From positions 9,227,534 to 9,291,533 of the forward strand of contig NC_083409.1 of NCBI RefSeq assembly GCF_020745735.1: a DNA stretch of 64,000 nt. Reading direction: 5' to 3'. Positions 35,440 to 48,849 of the stretch are shown piece by piece (within the stretch, counting starts at the first letter, position 1; the number at the start of each line of letters is the position of its first letter). The notes beneath the pieces are model-generated. The model saw only the letters and a list, made by a program, of their open reading frames with translations, made no database searches and was not told the DNA's origin. The DNA is from Hemiscyllium ocellatum. Lineage: Eukaryota. The position numbers and the translations under genes were made by a program.

Positions 35440-37780
35440 TGATCTTGGGGTACTTGTCCACTGATCCCCGAATGTGGCAAGACAGGTTAACAGAGGACAC
35501 TTGCCTTGGTCATGGCAGGTATTGGTTATAAAAGCAGGAGGATATGCTGCAGTTAAGCAGAACATTGGTGAGGCCACAGCTGGAGTACTGTGTGCAGTTC
35601 AGGTCACCACACTGTAGGAAGGATGTGATTGCACTGGATGGGGTGCAGAGGGGAATCACCAGGATGTTGTGTGGGACGGAGCCTCTCAGTGATGAAGAGA
35701 AATTGGATCAGCTCGGTATGTTTTCTTCAGAGCACAGAAGGTGGAGGGGGACCTGATCGAAGTGTATAAGGTTATGAGAGGAATGGACAGGGAGGAGAGG
35801 AAGCAGCTGTTCTTCTTCATGGGAGGGTAATAAAAAGTTGGTTTACATTCATTGTGAAAGATAGGAAGTTTCAAGATGTTTTGAGGAAAATGTTTTTTTA
35901 GCCAGAGGGTGGTGGGTGTCTGGAACGCACAGCCTGGGAGAGCAGTTGACGTGAGAAAGCTCACAAACTTTAAAAAGTACTTGGGTGAGCAGTTGAAATG
36001 TCATAACATTCTAGCTATGGGCTCATATTGGAAAGTGGGATTGGTGCAGGTTTAGTGTAGTTTGGCTGGTACACAGTTAATGGGCTGAAGGGCCTGTTCT
36101 GTACTGTGTGATTTTGTGATTGTATTGTGTACAGTTTTGGTCTCCTTATCTGAGAAAGGATGTTCTGGTTGTGGAGGGAGGACAGCGAAAGTTTACCAGA
36201 CTGATTCCTGGGACGACAGCACTTAGATGTGTTGAGAAACTGGATCAGTTAGGATTATATTCACTGGAGGTTAGAAGATTGAGAGGAATCACGTTGGAAC
36301 CTTTAAAATCCTAACAGGACAAGACCGGAAAAACACAGGAAGTATGTTCCGGATCATTGGAGAATCCAGAACCAGGAATTACAGTTTAAAGAAAAGGGAA
36401 AAGTTATTTCAGACTGAGCTGAGGAGACATTTCTTTAGTCAGAGAGTGGGAAGCTCATGGAATATTCTATCACAGAAAGCAGTTGAGACCAAAACATTAA
36501 AAGTTGTCAAGAAGGAGATAGGTCTAAAGGGACTTAGGACGAAAGGGATTAAGGTTATGGGAAAAAAGTGGGAACAGGGGACTAAGTTGAATGATCAGCC
36601 ATGGTCATATTTAATGGCAGACCCCACTCGAAGGGCTGAATGGCCTACTCCTGCTGTTCGTTCCTTTGTTTCTGCTTTTGAGAGACTGTCCATAAACATG
36701 GAAACATATGGAATTATAGAGTCAAAGAGTCATCGAGTCCGACAGCACAGAGACAGGCTTTTTGGTCCACACTGGTCCATGCTGACCAAAATGTCCATCC
36801 ATGCTAACCCCATTTCCCTGCACTTGGCCCATATCCTTCGGAGCCTTTCCTATCCATGCATTTGTCCAAATGCCTTTTTAAAGTTGTTAATATACCCGCC
36901 TCAATCACTTCCACTGGCATATCATTCCATACGTGTGCCACCCTCTGTGTAAACAAGTTGTCCCTCAGGTTCCCTTTTATTCTTTCTCCTCTAACCTAAA
37001 ACCCCTCTCATCCTCAATTCCCCAACACTGGGAAAAAAGACTGAGTGCATTTACCCTATCCATGTCTCTCAAGGTCTTATACACTTCTAAAAAAAAAACC
37101 CTCAGTCTCCTACACTCTCCGAAAAAAGTCCTAGCTTGTCCAACTTCTCACAAAAACTCAGACTGTTGAGTCCTGGCAACATGCTTGTACATTTCCTCTG
37201 AACTCGTTCCAGTTTAATAATGTCCTTCCTATAACAAGGTGACCAAATACTCCAAGTGCGACTTCACCAATGTTCTGTACAATGGTAACATAACTTCTCA
37301 ACTTCTATACTCAATGCCCTGACTGATGAAGGCCAGTGTGTCAAAAGCCTTCCTCACTGCCCTGTCGAACTGTGACTCAACTTCCAGAGAACCGTGTACC
37401 TGAACTCCAAGATCTCTCTGTTTCACTACAGTCCTTAGGCCTTACCATTCACCATGGTACTCCCATCTCGATTAAACTTCCGAAAGTGCAAGACCTCACA
37501 ATTATCTCTCTGAACTCATTTTGTCGTTTCTCTGCCCATTTCTCCAGCTGATCAAGGTCCTGCTGCAATTTCTGATAACCTCCCTCAATGTCTACTGTAA
37601 TGTCATCTGCAAACTTACCAATCATGCCTTGCAGATTCTCATCCAAATTATTGATGTAGATAGCAAAGAGTAATGGAAACAGGACCGAGCCCTGAGGCAC
37701 TCCTCTAGACACAGGCCTCTAGTCTGACAAGCATCCTTCCACTGTTACCCACTGCTTCGTACCATCAAGCCAATCAAAGA
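35440..37780. mobile_element. Cluster of CR1-like 3' fragments (two plus-strand, one minus-strand)
   Basis: Repeated LVRPQLEYCVQFW-type peptides and tails; GKFADD motif at 37449-37712 on the minus strand. Confidence 0.75.
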
Positions 37781-38323
37781 AAAGTATTTGTCTTTGGTCA
37801 GGAATTAGTTTGGAGGTAGGAGGCAGAGAGGAAGAATAGTGAGTGCATCCTCCAGTGAGGAAGATGTGAATAGTGGTATCCCCAGGGATCTGTGCTGCGA
37901 GCTCAGCTTTTTAAGATATTTCTCAATGACTTGGATGAAGAAACAGAGAGCTGTACATCCAAGATTGCTGATCACACTGACTGAGGCAGCTTGGAGGAGG
38001 TTACAGAGATAGGGAGGGTGGAGGGCAGAGAGAGTTTTGCGAACAGGAATGAGAACTTGACAATCAAGGAGTTGCTGGAAAGGAGCCAATGTAGAAACAG
38101 GGTGCAGGGGGTTGGGGGAACAGGACTTGATGCAAGTTTGGATACAGGCATCAGAATTTGGAATGAACTGAAGGTTATGGAGGGCGATTGCTGTGATGTG
38201 TGCGAGCACAACATTGGAATGGTCATGTTTGGAGTCCCCAGACATGATTGAGATTTTCAGTGGCTGGTATGTATAATATGGAGAATATGGGGCTCAGATC
38301 ATTCTCAGAGATGTGGCCACATT

Positions 38324-38673
38324 TGTAAAGAGTCTGGTTGTGCAGCAGACCCCCAGGGAGAGGGATGGAGTTTAGACCAGGAGATGAAGAGGATGACTTT
38401 GATCTTCCCAATATGTTTCACAGTGAGTCCGGGCTTCTCAGTCCTGACTGCTCTTAGCTGCTGTGATTGTCACTGACTGGACACTTATTATTAGATATTC
38501 TGACCACAGCAGAAAGCCCCAGTGTAAAAAATAGTTGCAAAGGCTGTCAGAGCACAAGGTTGAAACTTCACCAAAAGAGGAAGTGAAAGAAGGAGCTCGG
38601 AGCAGCTGGGTGTTTGTTACTGATATGGGAGAAAACTGTGAACTGTCTGCTCTCCCTGGAACCTGACAGCACA
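38324..38673 (+). promoter_or_regulatory. Candidate upstream B-cell enhancer, cluster 2 (RUNX, EICE, E-box)
   Basis: ACCACA at 38503-38508, AAAAGA-GGAAGTGAAA with the EICE at 38579-38588, CAGCTG at 38603-38608; spacing identical to the cluster 1 copy. Confidence 0.6.
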
Positions 38674-40619
38674 GGAGGCGGGTCTGGGATTCTTCTTTTC
38701 AGAAACAGCACAGTGATGGAAAAAGTGTCAGTCACTCTCTCACAAACACACACGCCTGCACTTGGAGATTAGAAACAGAATCCAGCAGCAGCTCTTCTCC
38801 AAGCTGTGAAACCTGCACAGAATTGTTCCCTCATTCAGTTTTAACTGGCAGGATAGACTAAGCAGGGGAAGCAACACAGTTGTGTGTACAGTCAGAAGGG
38901 AGTTGCCCTGGGAGTGCTCACCATTAACTATGGAACACATGAAGCCTCATGACAGCAGGTCAAACATGGGGAAGGAAACCTCCTGCTGATTACCACATAG
39001 CACCGCCCTCCCCTCCAACCTCAACTGAGCAGTCAGTCCTCCTCCATGTTTGACAACACTTGGAGGGAGCATTGAGGGATGGAAGGACGCAGGATATACC
39101 CTGAGTAAGGGACTTCAAAGTCCACCATCAAGAGCTGCTCAGAATCATCACTACTGAGCAAGCTGGTCAGGTTCCACCTGATTCAGCTGCTAGACTGGAC
39201 CTGGGGCAGGTGGTGAGGGAACCAACAAGAGGGAACAACATACTCACTATCACCCTCACCAACCTGCCTGCTGCTGGTGTATCTGTCAATGACAGTATCA
39301 GTAAGGGTGACCACCGCACAGTCCGTGTGGAGACAAAATCCCATCTTCACATTCAAGTTACCTTACATTTTGTTGGGCAAGAGTTTCGGGATGTCAGGAA
39401 GAACTTTGTTTTGAACAGCAATTGGTAATGACTTGGAAATTAGTGCCATTTAGGTGAGGCAGGTGAAGAGACTCAGTGATTGCAATGGCAGATTGGATGG
39501 GCTCTTGATGGAAATAAACCTGCAAGGCTCTGGGGGTCGAGTAGGGATTGCTCCATGAAATGACAGCATTTCCCTGACAGGCTGAATGTTCTCCCCCTGT
39601 GCTGGAAATAGGTCTAACTCAATGAGGGGTTCACAATTAGAGAGTTTGGATGCAGTAAATACAGGACAAATTGTTTCTCCAGGCAGGAGGGTCAGTAACC
39701 AGAGGGCACACATTTCAGAAAGGGTCTGAAGAACAAGAGAGAAGATAGGAACATTTTTATCCAGCGAGTTTATGATGTCTGTCTGCAAGGTGAGTGGGAG
39801 TGGATTCAACAGCAACTTTCAAAAGGGCCTTTGGAGAAATAGCTGTAAAGGAAACAATTGCAGGGTTATACAGGAAGGGCTGGGTAAATGGGACTAATTG
39901 GACTAATTTGTCTAACTGTCACAATAGGCCCAATGACCTCTGTCTGTGCTGTATAAGAACTTACACACACTTAGTCTCACCTTTACACAAAGACTAGGAG
40001 AAACAGACAACCCAGTTTACAAAAGAATGCTTTCTCAAACACTCTTGAACCAACTCAGGGAACAGGCCCAGACTAGATTTACTAGAGTAAGTCAGCAAAT
40101 CAATGACAAGGGAACAGTAAACCAAAAGCAATGGGACTGAACAATATATTCAGTAACACAACAATCGAGAGGAGGAGGGATGAAGGGCAGGAGGTCAGAG
40201 AGCATGCTGTAGGGGCCTGAAGGCTCTGCTGTCAATGGTGGGATGGAGGAAGCAGCAATGGACAGGAGACTAGAGACAGAAGATGGAAAGGGGAGGAAGG
40301 GAATGGAAGCAGCAGGACACAGATTGAGGGAGGAGGGAGGCCATGGAGGCAATTGGTTGGCAGTGAGCTCATTCTTGAACGACTTCAGATGTCAGACAAG
40401 GAAGGGACCACTCCATATCAGACAAGTTGGGGTTTATGGAATGTGACTTCAGGAAGCTGGGAGAGGACATTAGAATCAATAGTTAGGACAAGCAGGAATT
40501 AGTGTTTCTGTGGCCAGGGGACTGAAGTCGTGCAGAGACAGACAGTGTTGTTGAGACTGAAATAAGGGACCTTCATGATGGAGTGGATTTTGGGTTTGCA
40601 GCTCAAGTACTGGACAGTC

Positions 40620-42260
40620 CAGTGGGAAGGAGGCCCATGTTTACTGGTCTCTCCTGAAGCATCCAGTGAGAAGGAAGTCCATGTTTATTGGTGTCTGTTG
40701 GAGGTTCCAGTGGGACGGAGGTCCATGTTTACTGGTTCTATGGGAAGGTGGCTCATATGTACATCATCATAGAGTCATAGAGGTTTACAGCATGGCATCA
40801 GGTCCTTCAGCCCAACTCATCCATGCTGACCAAGTTTCCAAAATTGAACGAATCCTATTTGCCTGTGTTTGGCCCAAATCACTCTGAAGCCTTCCTATCC
40901 ATGTTGCTGTAAAAATCTCCTTGAAATGTAGTAACTGTACTCCCCTCTACCACTTCCTCTGGCAGCTCATTACACATACACACCAACCTCTGTGTGAAAA
41001 GGTTGTCTCTCAGTTTCCTTTTAATCCTTTCCCCCCTCAACTTAAACCTATTCCTTCTAGTACTGGATTCTCCTACCCTGGGGAAAAGACTTTGGCTATT
41101 TACCTTATCTATGACCCTCATGATTCTATAAACCTATATAAGGTCACCCCTCAATCTCCTGCATTCCCTGGAAAAAACATCTTGGCATATCCATCTTCGC
41201 CTTATAATTCAAACCCTCCAATCCTGGTAACATCCCTGTTAATCTTTCTTTTATTCAAACCAGCGTAATGACTTCCTTCCTATAGCAGGGTGAGCAGAAA
41301 TGTACACAGTGACCAAATGTGGCCTTACCGATGCCTTATACAGCTGTAACATGATGTCCCAGCTCCTGTACTCCCTGCTTTGACCAGTGAAGGTGCGCAT
41401 GCCAAATACCTTCTTCACCACCCTGTCTACCTGTGACACCATTTTCCAGGAACTATGTACCTGTACCCCTCGGTCTCTCTGTTCAACAACACTCCCCATG
41501 GCTGTACCATTAATTGTGTAATTCCTGCCCTGGTTTGCCTTACCAAAATGTAACTCCTTCCATTTATCAGAATTTCCATCTGGATTTGTTGACCCACTGG
41601 CCCAGTTGATGATGATGACATTGCACTCTTCGATAACCTTCTTCCCTGTCCACGATGCCAACAATTTTAATGTCAGCCATAAACTTCCTGACCATTCCTG
41701 CTATTTTCTCTCCAAATTGTTCATATAAATGATGAACAACAGTGGATCCAGGATCGATTCTTGTGACAGACGGCTGGTCACTGGCCTCCAGTCTGAAGAA
41801 CAACCCTCTCTCACCAGCCTCTGCTTCCTACCATCAGGCCAATTTTATATCCAATTGGCTCGCTCTCCTTGGATCCTATGTGATATAATATTACTGAGCA
41901 ATCTACCGTGAGGAACCTTGTCTAAGGCCTTGCTAAAGTCCAAGTAGACAGAGTGTACTGCTCTACCTTTATCTAAGTTTGTGATAACTTCTTCAAAAAC
42001 TCAGTCATCTACTTGTCTGAATCGGTAAGTCCAATGAATAGGAGGCCCATGTTTACTGATCTCTCTTGGAGGATCAAATCAGAAGTAGGCCAATGTTTAC
42101 TGGTCTCTGTTGGAGGTTCCAGCAGGAAGGAGCTCATGTTTACTGGTCTCTTCTGGGAACTTCAGTGGGAAGGAGGCCCATGTCTCTATATCGATCAGCC
42201 TTGTGTACTAAATTCCATGTTTAGTGGACTCTGTTGGAGAGTCCAGTACGTCATGAACAC
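40620..42260 (+). repeat. Degenerate 44-bp tandem repeat (CAGTGGGAAGGAGGCCCATGTTTACTGGTCTC…), split by a CR1; inverted homolog at about 8350-8540 and 10440-10660
   Basis: TGTTTA(C/T) at 40638, 40682, 40726 and at 42050, 42094, 42137 (43-44 nt period). Confidence 0.8.
40765..41990 (-). mobile_element. CR1-like LINE 3' part inserted into the 44-bp repeat array
   Basis: KFMADIKIVG, ELHFGKANQGR and FTQRLVCMCNELP fragments; ATAGAGTCATAGAG tail. Confidence 0.85.
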
Positions 42261-44191
42261 ATGGTGGGTATGTAGTCAGTTCCTTTCTGTTGTAACTGTG
42301 TGATGCTCCAGCGCTCATCCCAGTCAAAAAGCCTGATTCAGAGACTGATCATGGAAGGGGAAGGAAAGGGAAAAGGATTGGAATATGTTGTGGATGGACA
42401 GGCTGGGTCACTGGGTCAGAAATTGTCCTGTCCCTCCAGCTCACACTGATGGCCTGAGGATCTCCTCTCTCTCTGCTGGGCCTTCATGGAATGAGGTTTG
42501 TGTCCAAACCAGTCCCCAGTGAGAATAGGCCAACAGAACAGAACTCCCCTTCATTTGACAAGAATCTGTCCATCGTCCTGAATGAGGTCAATCCCTGGTC
42601 AATGTGAGAAATGGGGAGTTACTCCAAGAAAAGACATGCTTTTGGGTCAAGGGTTAACATCCATTAGTGGGGCAGAGCAGAGGGAGATTTATCCTGAATT
42701 CAACTTTCACCACCTGGGACACTGTGAGAAAGATAGAGAAGCAAGACAAAGAGAGAGGTAAAGGCAAATTGTGTGTGTGATCGAGTGATTGAGGGAGGGG
42801 CATCTGAGACAGTGTGTGATATGTGAAGGGGCCAAGAGAGAGGTAGAGGGAGGTAGACGTGGTGTGATTGAGGGATAGAGAGAGAGAAACAAGATGTGAC
42901 TGATCAGGATGGATAGAGAAAAGAGTGATACCAAGAGTGAAGAGAATCAATAGAGAATGGGTAGGGTTGAGTGTGAGAGAGAGAGAGACATGAGTATGTT
43001 AAGAGACAGAATGACAGAGAAGGAGGGAGAGAGACTGTAGATTGGAGTGCAGAGAGGGAGGGAGAGACAGAGAGAAGAATAGAGAGGAGCAATTAACATT
43101 TGGAGGTTTTCAATTGAAGCGAGCAATGGAGCGAGTGATGGTGAAAGAGAAAGATGCAGAAATAGAGATTATGAGACGGAGTGAGGAAGTGTAAGTTGGA
43201 GAGAGTGGCTTTGAGACAGAGTGAGAGAGAAAGAGAGAGACAGAGAGAGACAGAGGGACAAGTCCTGGTCACCACATTCTTGGAAGGACGTGATTGTACT
43301 TGAGAGGGTGCAGAGATTTACCAGGATGCTGCCTGGGATGGAGGGTCAGCTGTGGAGAAAGATTGGAATGGTTGGGGTTGTTTTCCTTGCAGCAGTGAAG
43401 GCTGAGAGGGGACCTGATAGAGGGGGATAAGATTATTCAGGGCAGTGATAGGGGGAGTAGGAAGGCACTTTTTACAAGAGTCAAGGACTCAATAACCAGG
43501 GACAGAGATTGAAGGAAAAATAGACATGGACACAAAGAAAGTGCTGCAGGAGTAGGCCATTCGGCCCTTTGAGACTGTTCTGTCATTCAGTATGATCATG
43601 GCTGATCCTCTCTCTTGAAGTCACCTTCCTACTTTCTCCCCATTCCCTTCATGCTGTTAAAATGCAAAACAAATATCTCTCTCTTTCTCTTGAATATATT
43701 CAGTTCCTTGTCCTCCATAGCCTTCAGTGGAAGATAATTCCACAGATTAACCATCCTCTGAGTGAAGAAATGTTTCCTCATCTCAGTCTGAAATGGTCTT
43801 TCCCATATCCCCCTGACACTGTCCCCCTGGTTCCAGACTCCCCAACCAGGGGAAACCTCCTCCCTGCCCTGCCCTGTTAGAATATTATACATTTCAATCA
43901 GATCCCCTCTTATCCTTCTGAGTCCAGGCCCAATCGAGTTGGAGAGTGAGAGAAGAGTTAGGGGGAAATGTTTCCACCCAGAGGGTGGTGGGAGTCTGGA
44001 ACTCACTGCCTGAAAGGCTGGTTGAGTCACAAACTCTTGTGACATTGGAGCAGTGTTTAGATATTCCCTTGTGTTGCTGTAGCCCCAGGGTAATGGGCCA
44101 AGAGCTGGAGGATCATCAGATCTTTGTTTACCAGCACAGACACAATGGGCCAAATGGCCTCATTCAGTGCTGTCCACATCAATGATTCTCT

Positions 44192-44220
<29 letters not shown>

Positions 44221-44228
<8 letters not shown>

Positions 44229-44321
44229 AAGTGTGAGGGGCTGACGTGGCTCTCTCTGCCTGATGCCATTTACACACTGAGGAACACCCAGTCAGACTCT
44301 CACAGGCTGCTGCTTTATAAA
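44221..44321 (+). promoter_or_regulatory. V promoter, cluster 2, with destroyed octamer
   Basis: GAGGAAGTG Ets site (44224-44232) and TATAAA (44316-44321) retained; octamer position reads ATTTACAC (44268-44275) instead of ATTTGCAT. Confidence 0.85.
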
Positions 44322-44381
44322 GCAGAGCCCAATGAAGGGAGAGTTTATCAGGAACCAGGCACAGGGACAGGAGCACACACC

Positions 44382-44430
44382 ATGATTTCACACATCCAGC
44401 TGATCTGGCCCCTGGCATTCTGTGTCGCAG
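44382..44430 (+). pseudogene. IGKV: Leader exon of cluster 2 kappa light-chain pseudogene
   Basis: Same peptide as the cluster 1 leader (one synonymous difference); GT donor at 44431; 186-nt intron to an AG at 44615-44616. Confidence 0.93.
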
Positions 44431-44616
44431 GTACAAATCTCTCTCCTTCCACCTTGAATCTTTAGCTGCTCTCCATTTCACTCCAGTTCCACTGACTTGT
44501 GATTGAAGGGAAAATGCTGAAACCAGAGGAATGCTCAGTGTCTCCAACAATCTCTCATTTGATCGGCTCTTTCTGTGAAAGTTCTGACTTCACTGTGTTT
44601 CTCTCTGATCCCTCAG

Positions 44617-44935
44617 GTATCGGTGAGGACATCATCATGACCTAGTCTCCCCCACTGCTGTCAGTGGGACTGGGCCAGACTGCAACCATCACCTGTAGGG
44701 CCATTAGCAGCTACCTTGCTTGGTACCACTAGCGAGAAGGTCAGAAACCCTCTCTCCTGATCTATGCTGCAGCAACTCAACTCACAGGAATCTCCGAGTG
44801 ATTCACCGGCAGTGGATCAGGGACCAGTTTCACCCTGACAATCAGCAACGTTCATAATGAGGATGTCGCTGACTGTTACTGTCAGCAGCATTACAGCTGG
44901 CCTTACTTTCGGTAAAGGAACCAAGCTCAGACTGA
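44617..44935 (+). pseudogene. IGKV: Germline-joined VJ exon, cluster 2, pseudogenised
   Basis: DIIMT*SPP...CRAISSYLAWYH*RE...[15 protein letters not shown]...[11 protein letters not shown] fused to [10 protein letters not shown]. Stops at 44643-45 (TAG), 44730-32 (TAG), 44799-801 (TGA). CDR1 is 9 nt shorter than in cluster 1. Junction is +1 out of frame. Donor reads GGAAGT (44936) instead of GTAAGT. Confidence 0.95.
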
Positions 44936-47199
44936 GGAAGTAAACCTCAATCCTCTGTTATTAACCCTTTCAATCTCTAAACACAATTTATAAAACACAA
45001 ATACTGAATTGTTGAAGTGTTGCAGTGAAGGAAATGTTTGATTGAGGAACACCGCGTCCCATACGGTGTACATCTGTATTTCGTTAGTCCTATAACCCCA
45101 TTAAACAGCAAGATATAAGTCAGTAAGTTTTACTCATCGTGTGGAGGAGCTCTGTCCATTTGCAGCCTGTGGTCCCATTCCTGCAACATGGAGTGAATTC
45201 AATGAGTAGCCTCCTGCCAGTCTCAGTGTGACGGACACGGGCAGAGTTTATGTGAGTTCTGGTTCCCTGTCCCAGTCTCTGATCTCACTGACCTCAGCAG
45301 CAGCAGCAGCAGCAGCAGCACAGTGAGACACCGAGCTCCCACCTCCCCCAGCTTTAACTCTGCTCAATCACATAATCACAGAATTGTCACATTGCACAAG
45401 GAGGCCATTCTGCCCATCCTGTCTGGACTGGCTCTCCGAATGAGCAATTCACTGAGTGTCATTCTCCTACCTTCTCCCTGTCACCCTGAACATTGTTGCT
45501 TTTCAAATAACAGTCTCATTCCCTTTGGAATGTTTTAATTGAAGCTGCCTCCACCACACTCTCAGGCAGTGCATTCCACACCTTAACCATCCACTGGCCA
45601 AAATGTTGTTCCCCATCTCACTTTTGTGACTTTTCCCAATTGCCTTCAATCTGTGGTCTCTCGGTCTCAATCCTTTCTCTTGGGAACATTTTCTCCCTAT
45701 TTACTGTATCCAGGCCCCTCCTGATTTTAATTCCTCCAACAAATCTCCTCTCAGCCTTCTCCAAAGAAGTCAGTCCCAAATTGTCCAAACTATCTTAATA
45801 ACTGATGTTCCTCATCCCTGGAATGATCTTTGGGAATATTTTTGCCATTTCTACAAAATTTCACCTGCTTCCTGAATGATTTACATTATCTATGTCCCTC
45901 ATGATTTTATAAACCTCTATAAGGTCACTCCTCAGACTCTTACACTAGAGGGAAAAAAGTCTCAGCTTTTCCAGTCCCTCATAGTCATGGAGTCATACAG
46001 TGTGGAAACAGACATTTCAGTCCAACTTGCCTGTGTTAACCAGATATCCTAAATGACCTCATCCCATTTGCCAGCATTTGGCTTACATCCCTCTAAACCC
46101 TTCCTATCCATGTTCCCATCCCAACGTGTTTTAAATGTTGTAATTTTATCCGCCTCCAACGCTTTCTCTAGCAGCTCGATCCAGACACACACCACCCACT
46201 GCGTGACAGGTTACCACTCAGGTCCCTTTTGAATCTTTTGCCTCTCACCTTAAACCTATGCCCTCTTGTTTTGGACTCCCGTTCCCAAGGAAAAGACCTT
46301 GGATATACACCTTGTCCATGCCCTTCATGATTTTCTGCACATCCATAAGGTCACCTCGAGGCCTTAGATGCTGCAGGGAAAATAGGCCCATTTCTTCAGC
46401 CTCTCCCGACAGCGGAAACTCTCCAATTCCTGGCCACATCCTTGTAAATCTTTTCCGCTGCCTTTTAAGTTTAACAACATCCTTCCTATCTCAGGATGAT
46501 CAGAATTGTTCACATTATTCCCAAAGTGGCGTCACCAACTGCTGTACCACTGCAACATCATGTCCCAACTCCTTTACTCAATGCAGTGACCAATAAAAGT
46601 AAGCATACCCAACACCTTCTTCATCTCCCTGTCTACCTGTGACTCCACTGTCAAGGAATAATGCACCTGCACCTGCACCTTCACCACTCAGTCTCTTTGT
46701 TCAGCAACACTCCGCAGGGCCCTACCATTAACCGTAAAAGTCCTGCCTTGGTTTGGCTTTGCAAAGTACAGAACTCACATTTATCTGAATTCAACTCCAT
46801 CTGCCATTCCTCAGCCCACTGGCCCAGTTGGTCAAGATCCCATTGTACTCTTAGACAGCCTTCTTCACTGGCCACGATGCCACCTGAAAATTCACCTGAA
46901 CAGACTCTCACAACTCTGGCCCCTCCCTGCCTGTTACACTGCTACTACCCCAGTCTATATTCAAAAATTAAAGAACCATTTATAATGACTCTATCATGTT
47001 TGCAGATATCTGTAAATTCCTTGCATTTGTATTCCTCTGCATCTTTCCCATTGGGTGGTGATTTGTTGACTGTTCTGAGGATTCTGTGGTCCTTGGTGTT
47101 CCTCTCTGTTATTCCCTCCTGGCTCCCACAGCCCTGCCAAGTTAGTTTAAACCCTCACCAACTGCACTAGTAAATCACCCCAAAGGAACTCAGTCCCAG

Positions 47200-48140
47200 C
47201 TCAGTTCAGGAACAACGCTGTATGGTCTGTCCAGGTCCCATCTCCCCCAGACCCAGTCTCAAGGTCCCAAGAATCTAAAGTCCTCCAACTTGGATCGTCT
47301 TTCCAGCTTCACATTCACCTGTGTTATCCTCCTGTTCCTATTCTCACTTGGGTGGGGCACTGGGAGAAATCCGGAGATTCTAACTTTTGAGATCCCAGTG
47401 CTAATTCCCTCCAGAGCCCCCTAAATTCTGACTGCAGGACCACATCCCTTTTCTCCCTCTGTCACAGGGACCATTGTGGACCACGACTGCTGCCTCTTCC
47501 CCCTCTCCCCTCAGGGTGGTTTGCAGCCGCTCAGAGACATCGTTGACCCTGGCACCAGGGAGACAACACACCATCCTGGATTCCCATCTGCAACTGCAGA
47601 AACACCTATCGATTGCCCTCACTCTCGAATCTCCTCTCGCTCTCCCTCTTCCTTGTACCCCCTGTACAGCTGAGCCCCCCGTGGTGCCATGGGCTTGGCT
47701 CTGGCTGCACTCCCCAGATGAACCATCATTCTCATCAGGATTCTGAACTGAATCCTGGTTGGAGAGTGCGATGCACTCAGGGGATTCCTCTACTAGCTGC
47801 CTGGTCCTTTTAGACTGTCTGCTGCTCCCCCATTCCCTCTCACCCTGCATTCGCTGAAGCTGAAGAGTGACCACATCTAGAAACGTGCTCTCCATGGAGC
47901 TCTCAGCCTCACGGACGCTCCGAACTGACACCAGCTGCTGCTCAAGCTCCGAAACCCGGAGTTCCAACTGCTGTCACTGACCACACTTTCTGTTCTCATG
48001 GTATTCCAGGAGCTAGGAAGCATTCTGAAGTTCCCACCTAAATGCACACTCTCTTCACCCTTTGGTTGTCTCTTGGCAAAGTTCTGATGACAAACAGCTC
48101 CAGCAGGGCTCACAGTCCAGTGGGTTAAGTGTTCCAGGGT
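47200..48140 (-). mobile_element. CR1 ORF1 (esterase-type) fragment, orthologous to 700-1600
   Basis: ORF 47401-47967 is nearly the same peptide as 866-1138 plus 1269-1589, at the same position and orientation in the J-C intron. Confidence 0.85.
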
Positions 48141-48849
48141 TTTGGGGAAACTCTCCAGAAGACTTTAAGAAATAGGAGCAGAAATCAGCCATTCAGCCCG
48201 TTGAATCTGCTCTGCCAGTTGATCTTGGCAGATATGCTTCTCACCCCCATTCTCTGCTTGATCCACAGGAACGTTCGATCCCCTTAACTATCACAAACTA
48301 TCTACCTCTGTCTTAAATACACTCAGTGACTTGGCCTCCACTGCCCTCTGTAGCAATACATTCCACAGATTCACCACCCTCTGGCTGAAGAAATTCCTCC
48401 TCATCTCAGCTCGAAAGGGCCAGCCCTTCATACTGAGGGTGTGCCTTGGTTACCGACTCTCTCCTGTTTTTGGAAACATCTTTTTCACATCCACTCTATC
48501 CAGGTTGATCAGTATTCAGTAAATTTCAAAAAGATCCCTCCTCATCTTTCTAAAGTCCATTGAGTACAGACCCAGAGTCCTCAAGCACATCTGATACGAT
48601 AAGTCCTTCATCACCAAGATCATTGTTGTAAACCCCTCCAATGCCAGCACATTGTTTCTTAGAATATGGGTCCCAAATCTGCTCACAATATTCCAAATGC
48701 AGTCTGACCAGAGCCTTACACAGCCTCAGCAGTACATCTCTGCTCTTGTATTCTGGCCCTACTGAAATGAATGCTATCATTTCATTTGCCTTCCCAAGCA
48801 CAAACTGGACCTGCCTGTTAACCTGAAGGGAAACCCGAATGAGGTTCGT

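Noticed and set aside
38709-38750. CACAGTG heptamers here and at about 38419, and CACTGTG at 56181, as RSS or a Kde-like element
   Set aside because: No nonamer at 12 or 23 nt, and not conserved in the paralogous copy where one exists.
40620-40750. Regularly spaced 44-bp repeats as a CRISPR-like array
   Set aside because: Vertebrate DNA; units are degenerate over their whole length with no unique spacers and no cas genes.
44727-44732. CAG CAG to CAC TAG tandem change at an AGCA hotspot, resembling shark tandem hypermutation
   Set aside because: A single instance with an inferred ancestral state; insufficient to claim AID activity.
44617-44935. V2 as a somatic B-cell rearrangement captured in the assembly
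   Set aside because: Promoter, donor and distant C-acceptor lesions plus multiple stops fit long germline decay better. This cannot be excluded as firmly for V1.
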